Shown: piece by piece, positions 22,910 to 32,978 of the stretch
How positions within the stretch are numbered: position 1 is the first letter of the stretch
Layout of the letters: every line of letters begins with the position of its first letter
Source of the DNA: an uncultured virus (IMG/VR IMGVR_UViG_2061766007_002077)
Taxonomy: Duplodnaviria; Heunggongvirae; Uroviricota; Caudoviricetes
DNA length: 64,000 nt
Direction: 5' to 3' (one strand)
Virus record (IMG/VR): IMGVR_UViG_2061766007_002077
Translations under genes and position numbers: made by a program
Notes under the pieces: generated by a model
The model's database searches: none
Told to the model about the DNA's origin: nothing
The model's input: only the letters and a program-made list of their open reading frames with translations

Positions 22910-23126
22910 ACTATAAATCCTCATTAACCACTAGCGATTCTTTAATAAAGAATTAGTGTAAATATATTCACAATCATAATATGAAAATAGTAAGCAGACT
23001 ACTTATCTAATTTCTCACCAGACGCGTCAGGCAGTCCGCCATGACATTTTCCATTGAAAGACATTACCTTAATAAAAAAAAATAACCTCCCATTTCTGAG
23101 AGGTTTTTTGATGTGAATCGGAGAGA

Positions 23127-24600
23127 TTAGTCTCTGATGTTCTGAATCTGAATTCTTCCAAGGTACTTGGGCTGGAGAGCCTGAGTATCTTCGTATCTTG
23201 CGATACCTGCTTCCTTGTAGAAGTTCTTTCTCTGGAGAGCACCAGTTGAGAAGAATGGAAGGAGAGTTCCGATTGCGATGGAGACATCACCATCAGCCTG
23301 GTCATTCTTCCAAGTGGTAAGGAGCTGGTCCTTAGGCATGATTCCAGGAGCCTTGAATACAGGAATACCATTGATTTCACCAAACTTGTGAGCACCAATA
23401 GCAGTCTGCTTACCCTTGTTGCTCCAACCTTCGTTGAGCTGGAGGTAAGTACAAGCTCTTGTTCCACCAACGATAGCGCTGACTCCACCTCTCTGGAAGT
23501 CATCAAGCATATTATCAGCAATGTGCTCGATGCTCTGGTTGATAATCTGTGCTGTGTGCCAGTAGGAGTCATCGTTTCCACCAAGCTTTCCACCCTCAGC
23601 ATCGAACTGAACGAAGTTGCTGGAAGCATATGTCTTCTGGACATCAGAAGCATACTTGATAGCCTGGAAGTCGAGGCTCTTCTTGATTTCCTCAGAAGCA
23701 CTCTGCATAAGCTGGTCTTCAGCGGAAACACCGAATGATGTGTCAAGAACGAGCTCAGTGAGCTGTGTCCATGTGACACCAAGTGTGATTGGTCTTGGTC
23801 TGAAGTGATAGTCTCTCATCTGGAGCTCAACTTCACCAAGATACTTACCTGTGAGGTCTCTCTCGGAATCGAATCTTCCGATAGCAGCGAACTCTGTTCC
23901 CTCAGGAAGTGCTTCATTAGCATCGTAGTTGATTGTTCCATCAGCGTCAACAACACCAACCTGAATCTCAAACTCAGCATTGACACCAGTCTGTGCTACA
24001 GAATTGCACTTGATGGCCTTTGTTCCGCCGTCAATAAGGATATCCTTACCGCCGAACCAACCGCCCTTAGCATCCTGCATAGCGACTGCACTTCTCTGTC
24101 CCTTCTCAACAACATAAAGAACAGAAGCGTTAGGAATGTATGCACCAGTAAGAGCATTGCCTTCGAACTTAACAGAAACTGTTGTACCTGCAGCAGTAAC
24201 ATTCTCAGCAGGAACATTTACGAGCTCAGTTGCATATCTGCTCTCTGTGCTCTCATACATGACATCATACTTGTGTGCGGGGTCATCGAACTTCTGGTCC
24301 ATTGGCCATGGAGTTCCGTTCCAGTCCTTGCCATCTTTGAAAGCAGTGTTGTCCCAATCGAAATCGTTTCTCTGGGCATTGCTGTAAACTGGGTAGACAT
24401 ACTTGATTGAATCGTGACTTGTCTCCATAGCGAACTCAGTGAAGAGGTCTCCTCTGATGCTGTTAGGATAACTAAGTCTGATGAGTCTCAACATATTCTC
24501 AGGAGTATATCCGAAGAAGCTATTGCTGAGCTGGGCTTCTGTCATTCTCTTCATTCTTGAAGCCTGGTTCTCAAGGAGGATAGCGAGGTTTCTAGCTGTG
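23127..24600 (-). CDS. Major capsid protein, T4 gp23-like (N-terminus hidden in gap 24602-24810)
   Basis: LAILLENQ...MTEA cleavage-like site, LIRLSYPN, RPITLGVTWT..ELVLD, AEDQLM..ASEEIKKSLD; highly biased codons; terminator at 23083-23110. Confidence 0.88.
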
Positions 24601-25141
24601 TNNNNNNNNNNNNNNNNNNNNNNNNNNNNNNNNNNNNNNNNNNNNNNNNNNNNNNNNNNNNNNNNNNNNNNNNNNNNNNNNNNNNNNNNNNNNNNNNNNN
24701 NNNNNNNNNNNNNNNNNNNNNNNNNNNNNNNNNNNNNNNNNNNNNNNNNNNNNNNNNNNNNNNNNNNNNNNNNNNNNNNNNNNNNNNNNNNNNNNNNNNN
24801 NNNNNNNNNNNGTTAGAAAAATGTTTTAGTTCAATTGATACATCTAAAGAGTTATTTAGAATAGATATTGAAAAGTTATCCAACCACCATCTGAAAAGGA
24901 AAATAAAGGTGGAATAAGGAAAAGAACTACATTAAAGTTCTTGGAAAGTCATTCATTTATGAACGGACTAGGTGAAGTCAATTTGAAGTCTTCACAGGAT
25001 TTTTGGAATCCCAATCAATCATTTCTCTTTATTTTATCATTTGAGAAGTTCTTTACAGAACTACATATAGTTAGTGCAATTATTTTAAAAGGGTCATATA
25101 TAACCTATATAACCCTTATATTCTTTCTTATAAATCAAGAA

Positions 25142-25849
25142 TTATTCTTCATCTTCATCAGATTCTTCTTCATCATCCCCATGATAGAAGTACCAGTCAC
25201 TGTCCTCATCTTCCTCAGCATCACCCCAAGATTCAGTATCTTCCTCAACGGAATACTGATACTTGCTTCTGGAATCATCCTCATTCTTCTCGTCAAAGAG
25301 TTCTGGTCTGTTGTGGAGTGTGTCAATGACCTGCTTCATGAGCTGGTCAAGGAAATCCTCATATTCNNNNNNNNNNNNNNNNNNNNNNNNNNNNNNNTCA
25401 TCGAACTTGTCAACTATGATGTCATTCTCAATGAGATATTCATAAGAGGAGTTGACGGTCTCAACACCATAATCGAATCCAATCTGGTCACCGTCATTGT
25501 TCCATCTGTAGACGATTCTGTTGATGGCTCTGACAACCTCACCACCTACAGTGTCAGCTGCTCCGCTTGCAGGAACAAACTCATCAAAGAGCGCTTCAAG
25601 GACATCAGCACTGGAATCCTCAGTCTCTATGATTTCAAGAGCCTTTATGCTTCCGCCGAACATATGCTCATCTTCAAGGCTTTCTTCATAAAGTCCCATA
25701 GATTTATCATACTCCTCTTTATCAAGAACAGAATCTGGTTCATCCTCACGCCTTAAGAATGGGTCATCACCGAAGAAACTAGATGCCCATGGTCTTTTAG
25801 GGTCTGTCCTCAATTTAGGAGGAAGCCAAACTTTATCTTTATTCTCCAT
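25142..25849 (-). CDS. Acidic protein with conserved phage VPxSGxADTV motif
   Basis: LFDEFVPASGAADTVGGEVVRAINRIVYRWNNDGD; internal LYEES linker. Confidence 0.7.
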   Translation of the reverse strand: MENKDKVWLPPKLRTDPKRPWASSFFGDDPFLRREDEPDSVLDKEEYDKSMGLYEESLEDEHMFGGSIKALEIIETEDSSADVLEALFDEFVPASGAADTVGGEVVRAINRIVYRWNNDGDQIGFDYGVETVNSSYEYLIENDIIVDKFDXXXXXXXXXXXEYEDFLDQLMKQVIDTLHNRPELFDEKNEDDSRSKYQYSVEEDTESWGDAEEDEDSDWYFYHGDDEEESDEDEE

Positions 25850-25854
25850 TATAA

Positions 25855-28119
25855 TTACCTCACCTTCACCCAGGTTCTTCCGTTGACCTGGACTTTTCTG
25901 ATATCATCACCCCATTCCTTCTGAGATTCTGGTTTCCAATAAGTTGCCACAAGTCTCTCAGGATGAAGTATTCTGCTAATAAGTTTCATTTTGGTAAGTT
26001 TTCCGTCTTTGGTAGCTGTCAGAGGAGTACCCTGCTTGTATATCTTGTCAACATATGCAAGAACGAATCCTCCAATGGAGATATCAAGTTCCTTATGCTT
26101 TCCTTTCTTACCAAGAATGGAACCAGCAGTATCAGAATGAATACCAATTATTCCGTTCTGACAATACTTGTCAGTCTTATGATATTTATCCCCATTGAAG
26201 TAATAACAATATCCAGGTTCCGGATTAAGGGTATCCTGCACCTCAATGGCATCAGTGATATCATTCCAAACCGCATGATAGACTGCATTAGCGGCTATTC
26301 CACCATTGGCAATTATACCACCATTGACTTTAAGGGCTGCAGAACCACTGCTGGTATCTGTAGAACTTGATACTGTGGCTCCATGTACAACAACAGCAGT
26401 TCCACTGGACTTGAAGGTAGCCTTATCTCCCTTTGTATCATTGCTTCCTGCACCTAAATTCAAGGTGGTTATCTTCTGAATAGTTTTACTGGAATTCACA
26501 TAAACAGGACAATCTGTATCACCCCTTCCACTACTGTTATACTGTACGGAATTATCCCATGTATCCTCATCCCAACCCTCTATTTTAATACTGAAAGTTT
26601 TCGGAGTAGAGGAATCATCTGTAAAAGTTATGGTTCCAGAAGTATCTGATTTAGCGGTTATATTTCCTTTCAACAGGTCAGTAGTACCATCTTTCTTAAT
26701 GCTCTTTATACCTGTATTTGAAATGACATATGTACCATCCGGACTATTGGTCACATTAACACCAGGGTCAGTGGATGCATGACTTATGGAAAGACTTATC
26801 TCTCCATTAGTACATGCAATTCCATTACCTACCTTAAGAAGTCCCAAGGCATTACTGGAGCCCTTAGTTCCGGTAGGAATGGACACATAAGCCATGTCCT
26901 TCTTATCTGTACTTGACCCATCAGCACCTAGAAGTTCAACCGGATACTTCCCATCACCAGTACCATTACCTGCATCTTTAGTAAATCCGGTTCTGATAAC
27001 ACCATAACCGGTGCTTCCATCTGGATTGGGTATACTTACATATGCTTTACCATCTGAACCCAATTGGAGTCCGTATTCACCAGTTGATGCAGTATTACCC
27101 TTTAATCTTACAAGTCCGAAGTCACTTCCATTTGCTGCATTAATATTGACATAAGCTCTGTTATCTTTGCTGCTGGAACCAGTTCCATCAGACTCAAGTG
27201 CTACTCCGAATTTCCTTCCGGAATTCCCGTCATCAAAAGTGGTATGTCCCACTCTTATAAGACCATAGGAATCACTGCTGGCCACATGGACATCTGTATA
27301 AGCCTTACCTTCAGATGATACTTTAAGTTCAATTGCTCTTCCGTCAGAACCCTCATGAGTATTGTTATCATCATAATCAGCAGTAGAATATCCTGTTTTA
27401 ATGACACCTAAGACTCCTCCTGCTGTAGGTATCTCAGTATAGGCCTTGGTATTACCATCTACTCTAAGTTCATATTTTCTTCCAGTAAGATTATTATTTT
27501 CAGTTACATCAGTTGATGCATAATCTGTCCTTATGACTCCAAGCTGAGTGCTGTTATTTGATTTAGGGACATAAAGAGTTCTCAGATTATTATCTGTATT
27601 ATATTTTATGGTATTATTATCCACCAATACTGAAATCTCACCGTCTGTGAGATTTATGGCTTCATTGTTACTGGTATGAACCCTTACAAGACCATAAGAA
27701 GTTGTTGTGGTCTTGCTCATTGAAAGGTCTATAGGTCTCCAATAAGTTTCCCAGTTATCATCAGTAATGGTTGTAGACAGAGTACTAATGCATATTAAGA
27801 GCCTTAAATCTGTGAAAACACCTGTTTGCCATTTAGGAAATTGCTCTGGATTCTTGCTATATGCAGGATATCCTTGTTGAATAGTATAAATTTCCCCTAC
27901 GGAAGCAGAAGTCACTCTGGACTTGAAATTAGCCCAAGTATCTATGGTATCCTTGAAGGTATAAGGATTGCTCAGGGTATCAAGTCTTTCATCGAGTTTT
28001 CTTTCAGTTTCCCTTAAATCATTTGTAACCCTTGTCTCAGAGTTATGTATACGGGCAACAACGTTCCCGTATACAGTATTAAGAGCATTTATATTCACTA
28101 TGGAAGAATCAGCAGGCAT
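25855..28119 (-). CDS. Tail fibre/spike with internal repeats and putative C-terminal intramolecular chaperone
   Basis: Repeated G-[LV]-I-[RK]-x-G...GKAY-x-x-I-P-x-A units; T/S/G/N-rich; C-terminal VWNDITD...IGIHSDTAG...GFVLAYV. Confidence 0.75.
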   Translation of the reverse strand: MPADSSIVNINALNTVYGNVVARIHNSETRVTNDLRETERKLDERLDTLSNPYTFKDTIDTWANFKSRVTSASVGEIYTIQQGYPAYSKNPEQFPKWQTGVFTDLRLLICISTLSTTITDDNWETYWRPIDLSMSKTTTTSYGLVRVHTSNNEAINLTDGEISVLVDNNTIKYNTDNNLRTLYVPKSNNSTQLGVIRTDYASTDVTENNNLTGRKYELRVDGNTKAYTEIPTAGGVLGVIKTGYSTADYDDNNTHEGSDGRAIELKVSSEGKAYTDVHVASSDSYGLIRVGHTTFDDGNSGRKFGVALESDGTGSSSKDNRAYVNINAANGSDFGLVRLKGNTASTGEYGLQLGSDGKAYVSIPNPDGSTGYGVIRTGFTKDAGNGTGDGKYPVELLGADGSSTDKKDMAYVSIPTGTKGSSNALGLLKVGNGIACTNGEISLSISHASTDPGVNVTNSPDGTYVISNTGIKSIKKDGTTDLLKGNITAKSDTSGTITFTDDSSTPKTFSIKIEGWDEDTWDNSVQYNSSGRGDTDCPVYVNSSKTIQKITTLNLGAGSNDTKGDKATFKSSGTAVVVHGATVSSSTDTSSGSAALKVNGGIIANGGIAANAVYHAVWNDITDAIEVQDTLNPEPGYCYYFNGDKYHKTDKYCQNGIIGIHSDTAGSILGKKGKHKELDISIGGFVLAYVDKIYKQGTPLTATKDGKLTKMKLISRILHPERLVATYWKPESQKEWGDDIRKVQVNGRTWVKVR

Positions 28120-28138
28120 CTATAGCTCTCCATTTATA

Positions 28139-30814
28139 TCAATAATCGTTAAGGTCTCCGTTCTCTATACCATTCATATCAGCCAAATAGTTAATGACCA
28201 GTTCAGCCTCATAAGGTGGCAGAGCCTCAAGACAATAATCAGCAAGATAATCATTGTCAAGCTTTCTCTTGAGTTTCACCCATTTACCATAGGCCTCATC
28301 TGAGATGTGTTCAAGATGTTCCTTGACCTTCTTACCTGTATTCCAGTACTCATCCCAGCAACCCATATCTCTGAGCTTGTCACCAAGGGCATCACCGTGG
28401 AAACCGGTATTCTTCTCAAGTTCATCAACTTCCTCATCAGAAAGTCCCTTACCCTTGAGGAAATCCTTCTGACTGTTGATTATTCTCTTATGCTTGTCGA
28501 AGATATCATTCATCATCTTGTTATGTCTTTCAGCCTTTGTGAGTCCCCTTTCCCTAAGGAATTCACAGACAGAGAGCTTGTTCTCGCCATACTTGGCTCT
28601 TACTTTCTGGCTGTACTCGGACTCAGGGTCCTTTCTCATGTCAAGTTCTTTTCCTGTGTGCTTCTTATAAGCCTTAGGAATGTAAAGACACATGACATTT
28701 ATGTATCTGTTCCAAAGCTTGTCAGTAGGATAATCAGACCACTTCTCAATCTCTTCGGGAGTATTCTCATAAAGTTCGTTGAGGGTCTTTCTCACATCAT
28801 CATAATAGACATCAAGACTTCCACCCTCGACATATTCTCTTATGGCTTCATTGAGAGTACCATATCTCGCATATTCCTGGAGACCTTGAATATCGACTCT
28901 GAGTCNNNNNNNNNNNNATCCTTCAAGCCAGTTCTCAACGTTCTGAACGAACTGCTTTGTATTTCCTCTGATGGCTTCATTGAGCTTGTGGGCCTTTATG
29001 GCTGACTTGCTCTCTTTGAGGTCACCATCATCAATTTTCTTCTTTGCGGCATCCTTTGAAGGGAGAACTCCACCTACTGACCTGTTACCGACACAGATTG
29101 TGAAATAAGTTTTCTCGGGGTCTGGGTCCTCATCATCCTCATACCATTCACAGATGTCATATCCCTTATATTCTTCCTCACTGACCGGAATGAGTTCTTC
29201 TTCCTCTTCTTCCTCATCTTCATCTTCTTCATCCTCAGCATCAGGATTTCTGAGTCCCAAGGCTTCATAGACATAATCGGAATCGAACCAAAGAAGGTCA
29301 TTGAGTTCAGTCTCACCTATTCCGTCTGGATACATCTCATCAATGAATCTTTCAAGGTCATCAATGGCATCATTTTCTTCAATATAATCCCAAGTTTCGA
29401 CAGCACCACTCCAAGGTTTATAGCTTCCAGGGAAATCATAATAGACTCTAGCCTCATTCAACTTGGTATTAGGGGTCTTAAAAACTCTGTTTTCCCTCTT
29501 GGGAGCCTTCTCGATATTTCCAAGCATCTCATCTCTTTCGCTGCTTGTAATCTGTCCCTGCTTGTAGAGGTCTTCAACATAGTCAGGACTTATTCTGCTC
29601 CAGTCAACCTTATGGTCATCACACTTGAGCCACTGGTCATAGACATAATCATAATCAACACCCATGAGGTCAGCGAGCTTATCAAATACTCTTTCCCTAA
29701 TAATGCTATCACCGGGGAGATACTGATAAATATCATCATAAGAATCAAGACACTGGAAAATATGATTGAAAGTGATATAATCATCAATCTCATCACCCAT
29801 GTCATCATCAGGATATTCTTCCTTATACCACTCAGCTACTTTAAGGCTAAGAGGGTCATCGCCGTCATCACCTTCAGCATAAGGGGAGTCATTGAATTCC
29901 ATGCTCTCACGGACAAGCTTCTCTTCTTCCTCTTTACCAGGAAGTTCTTCCGTTTCTTCGGAATTTGGATTGGAAGCAACAATAGCTGACCCTTCTTCTC
30001 CTTCTATTTCAGCCTTGATTTCCTCATCTGATTTCTCAGGTTCAAAGCTGGTTTCCTCTGGTTCAATTTCAGGAAGGGGCTCTGGTCCTACTTCTGGGAG
30101 AGGCTCAGGTCCGATATCATCGGCAACTTCATCAGCTGAGGGTTCTTCTTCTATGGGAAGTTCCTCAGAAGGCTCCTGCTCAAATTCAAATTCAAAATTA
30201 TCAAAATCAATGTCATTATCGACATCTATGACTTTAAGAGGTTCTTCTGGAAGTGGATACCAAGCAAACACATTTTCCCACTTGATAGAATCACATCCGT
30301 TCTCACAGAATGTGTATTCCTCATCAAGGACAACACCACTGAAGTCATCACCTGTTTCCTCGTCAACAAGATGGTCTGAGAAGATACCTGTGACAGGACA
30401 TGGGAAATCAGGGACATCAACAGCAATAATCTGCTTCTCCTTAGGATATCCAGCAACTTCCTTATCAGTAATATACTTCCACTGTCTTACATTGGAAAGT
30501 GGGACACCAAGTCCGTCAGCCATACAGAACATCTTCTGCTCAGGCTCATAAAGTCCGATGTAAATCTTTCCATCGGCGATGAACCATACATTGTCGCAAT
30601 CTGGAAGTAACTCCAGAGTATCCTGCCATTTATCCACAAATAAAACANNNNNNNNNNNNNNNNNNNNNNNNNNNNNNNNNNNNNNNNNNNNNNNNNNNNN
30701 NNNNNNNNNNNNNNNNNNNTCCCAATCCCAATCATCTGGGTCTTTAGTATCTGACGGACATCCAAGAAGTCCTGTGATACCTCTGCGCCTTCTAAGTTCT
30801 TCAAGCTTCATCAT
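28139..30814 (-). CDS. 891-aa acidic multi-module protein (DUF551-like N-terminus; putative polyprotein)
   Basis: VFAWYPLPEEP, E/P linker, then modules split by LVRES, LNEA, LKES, LNEA, LRE, VKE. Confidence 0.7.
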   Translation of the reverse strand: MMKLEELRRRRGITGLLGCPSDTKDPDDWDWXXXXXXXXXXXXXXXXXXXXXXXXXVLFVDKWQDTLELLPDCDNVWFIADGKIYIGLYEPEQKMFCMADGLGVPLSNVRQWKYITDKEVAGYPKEKQIIAVDVPDFPCPVTGIFSDHLVDEETGDDFSGVVLDEEYTFCENGCDSIKWENVFAWYPLPEEPLKVIDVDNDIDFDNFEFEFEQEPSEELPIEEEPSADEVADDIGPEPLPEVGPEPLPEIEPEETSFEPEKSDEEIKAEIEGEEGSAIVASNPNSEETEELPGKEEEEKLVRESMEFNDSPYAEGDDGDDPLSLKVAEWYKEEYPDDDMGDEIDDYITFNHIFQCLDSYDDIYQYLPGDSIIRERVFDKLADLMGVDYDYVYDQWLKCDDHKVDWSRISPDYVEDLYKQGQITSSERDEMLGNIEKAPKRENRVFKTPNTKLNEARVYYDFPGSYKPWSGAVETWDYIEENDAIDDLERFIDEMYPDGIGETELNDLLWFDSDYVYEALGLRNPDAEDEEDEDEEEEEEELIPVSEEEYKGYDICEWYEDDEDPDPEKTYFTICVGNRSVGGVLPSKDAAKKKIDDGDLKESKSAIKAHKLNEAIRGNTKQFVQNVENWLEGXXXXXLRVDIQGLQEYARYGTLNEAIREYVEGGSLDVYYDDVRKTLNELYENTPEEIEKWSDYPTDKLWNRYINVMCLYIPKAYKKHTGKELDMRKDPESEYSQKVRAKYGENKLSVCEFLRERGLTKAERHNKMMNDIFDKHKRIINSQKDFLKGKGLSDEEVDELEKNTGFHGDALGDKLRDMGCWDEYWNTGKKVKEHLEHISDEAYGKWVKLKRKLDNDYLADYCLEALPPYEAELVINYLADMNGIENGDLNDY

Positions 30815-30882
30815 AGTTTTTTCCGCTTATACATAAAAGGGCTCCGTTGAAGAAGCCCTTTGGAATTGTTTTTATCTTTCTA

Positions 30883-32883
30883 TTACTTCCAACCCTTAGG
30901 CATCCTGTCCATCACACTCTGCCTATAGAAGGCCTTACCATTGATGGCCTTGGCTCTCTCTTCCGGAGTTGTGTACATCGTCTCAGGAAGTCTTGACCTC
31001 TCAATCTCAACGGATTCGTTAAGTGAAGGAAGAATCTCCTTGAAGAACACCTGCTTGGCCTCTGCCAAACTGATGGCCTCAATAAGTCTGTTCTTATAAG
31101 GAACAACTTGGTTACCATACTGTTCATAAAGCTCATCGTAATAAACTTCAGTATCAGTTCTCTGTGCCTTCTTTTCTCTCAAATCCTGGATAGCTCTCTG
31201 CTTAAGAGCCATCTGTGAATTCTTGGCTTCCTTGGCCAGATTGGAAATCTGAACATTCTTCTTCTCGTTGACTTTTCTGAGCTCGTCAATCTTCTTGAGG
31301 GATTCCTCAAACTTGGCTCTCTGATTCTCAAACAGAACCTTGTACTTGGAAATCTTCTCGTTAGCTTCTTTAAGTCCAGAACAAACCTGTGCATACTTGT
31401 CAGAAAGCTTCTTTCTCTCGTCCTCACCAAGCTTATACTTCATGAGGGACTCTTCAAGTTCCTTCTTAAGTTCGCCTTTCTCATTCTCAACATCAGCTAA
31501 CTGACATTCAAGACCCTCACACTTCTCCTTGAGAGCCTTATAGGCCTTGACCATCTCTTTGAGGGTATTAGCGGCCTTCTTGTCATGGTCCTCAATCTTC
31601 TCATTGAGTGCGTCAATCTTGTTCTTCTGGAACTCTGTGAACTCAACTGTGGCTCTGTTCTTGAGCTCATTGTTGGATTCAGTGAGTTTCTGCTGAAGCT
31701 TCTCGGAGATTGCCTTCCAGTCCTTTGATTCCTTCTCAAGCATCTTGTGGTCCTGGACAATCTTTGTCAGCTTCTCTTTGAGTTCCTTGGTTGATTCAAC
31801 ACCAAGGTCATCCTTCAATTCAGCCTTGTCAGCGATGGCTTCCTTGATGTAAGCCTCCTCTTCTGAAATCTTGGCTTCAACTTTCTCTCTAAGGTCAGGG
31901 CAAGCGCCGTCTTCCAAATAGGACCTTATCTCGATAAATTCTCTAAGTCTTTCCTGAGGGTCCTTAATGTTGTCGGCACTTTCAAGGAAGGACTCCATAT
32001 CTCTGCGGAATTTCTTCTCTTCCAGCTTTGTGATTTTTGAGTCTTTCACGACCTTCTCCTTAAATGTATGTTCGTAGGTATTGTTTTTATTGCTCTCATC
32101 CATGAACTCATATGGCTCAAGGATTCTTTCTATTGTCTCTTCTGACACATCATCAAAAGTATCCACAAGATATTCCACCACATCCCTTCTGGTGGCGTAT
32201 GGGTTACACCTCATGTATCTTTCAGCTGTATCTCTGATATTGTATATCAAATTGGAGCCAGACTCAGTAAAAGTTCTGTCCTTGATATCTCCATTGCTTT
32301 CATCATATGAAAAAAATGTTCCCTGAGACGGATTGAGAACCCAGTCAGCTAATCTTTCAATCTGATATGTGTCTGGGTCAACGGTGACTTTATCGGGAAG
32401 AAGTTTTCCGAAACCTGATGAAGAGGTTCCGATTCTCAGACCATTCTGTAAGTGGTCTCTGAGGTCATCACCATTATGTCCGCTGGGAACAAGAAGTCCA
32501 TATACGATACCTACTCCATCAGGTCCAGCAGGGCCAAACTTGGCATCCAACCATACACCACAGATGTCCCTTGGATTTCCATCAGAATCCCCCTCAGGAT
32601 GGTCTGTGAGCATCGGTGAACCGCACCAGATATCTCTTTGGTCATTGATTACATTTTCCCAAAGTCTGGTATTGTATATTCTTCCATTACCGTTTTTATA
32701 ATTACCATAGTGACTTATTGGAACCCACCAGCCCTTGCCGGTGTCTTCCAAGGATTCCGTCAGTCTGTTCTGGGCTCTTGTCAGCGATTCTGTAAATTCC
32801 TGTGAGGAGGCTTCACGAATTAGCCTATGGTCAATACTGGCGGATTCCACAAATCTTGTAAGATTACTAGTATCTCTTACCAT
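30883..32883 (-). CDS. Prohead core protease (gp21-like) fused to coiled-coil scaffold
   Basis: KNGNGRIY, TDHPE, IGTSSSGFG, ADWVLNPS; about 380-aa K/E coiled coil; adjacent to portal. Confidence 0.88.
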   Translation of the reverse strand: MVRDTSNLTRFVESASIDHRLIREASSQEFTESLTRAQNRLTESLEDTGKGWWVPISHYGNYKNGNGRIYNTRLWENVINDQRDIWCGSPMLTDHPEGDSDGNPRDICGVWLDAKFGPAGPDGVGIVYGLLVPSGHNGDDLRDHLQNGLRIGTSSSGFGKLLPDKVTVDPDTYQIERLADWVLNPSQGTFFSYDESNGDIKDRTFTESGSNLIYNIRDTAERYMRCNPYATRRDVVEYLVDTFDDVSEETIERILEPYEFMDESNKNNTYEHTFKEKVVKDSKITKLEEKKFRRDMESFLESADNIKDPQERLREFIEIRSYLEDGACPDLREKVEAKISEEEAYIKEAIADKAELKDDLGVESTKELKEKLTKIVQDHKMLEKESKDWKAISEKLQQKLTESNNELKNRATVEFTEFQKNKIDALNEKIEDHDKKAANTLKEMVKAYKALKEKCEGLECQLADVENEKGELKKELEESLMKYKLGEDERKKLSDKYAQVCSGLKEANEKISKYKVLFENQRAKFEESLKKIDELRKVNEKKNVQISNLAKEAKNSQMALKQRAIQDLREKKAQRTDTEVYYDELYEQYGNQVVPYKNRLIEAISLAEAKQVFFKEILPSLNESVEIERSRLPETMYTTPEERAKAINGKAFYRQSVMDRMPKGWK

Positions 32884-32954
32884 TGTTTGCAAACCCTTTT
32901 TATTATTGTATGAAATCTATAAGTATTTCAATCAATTTTATATATATGTAAAGT

Positions 32955-32961
32955 AATTAGT
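32955..32961 (-). promoter_or_regulatory. ACTAATT phage (late) promoter box, representative copy
   Basis: 21 exact intergenic copies, each oriented toward a downstream ATG. Confidence 0.75.
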
Positions 32962-32978
32962 GTTAATTAAAAGAAGTA

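Noticed and set aside
22975..23072. Slightly GC-rich intergenic stretch downstream of the capsid terminator
   Set aside because: Only very short ORFs and no convincing fold or known RNA motif
23388..25756. Long plus-strand ORFs opposite capsid and acidic genes (e.g. 23805..24410, 24941..25756)
   Set aside because: Antisense shadows of codon-biased genes, with no RBS or recognisable motifs
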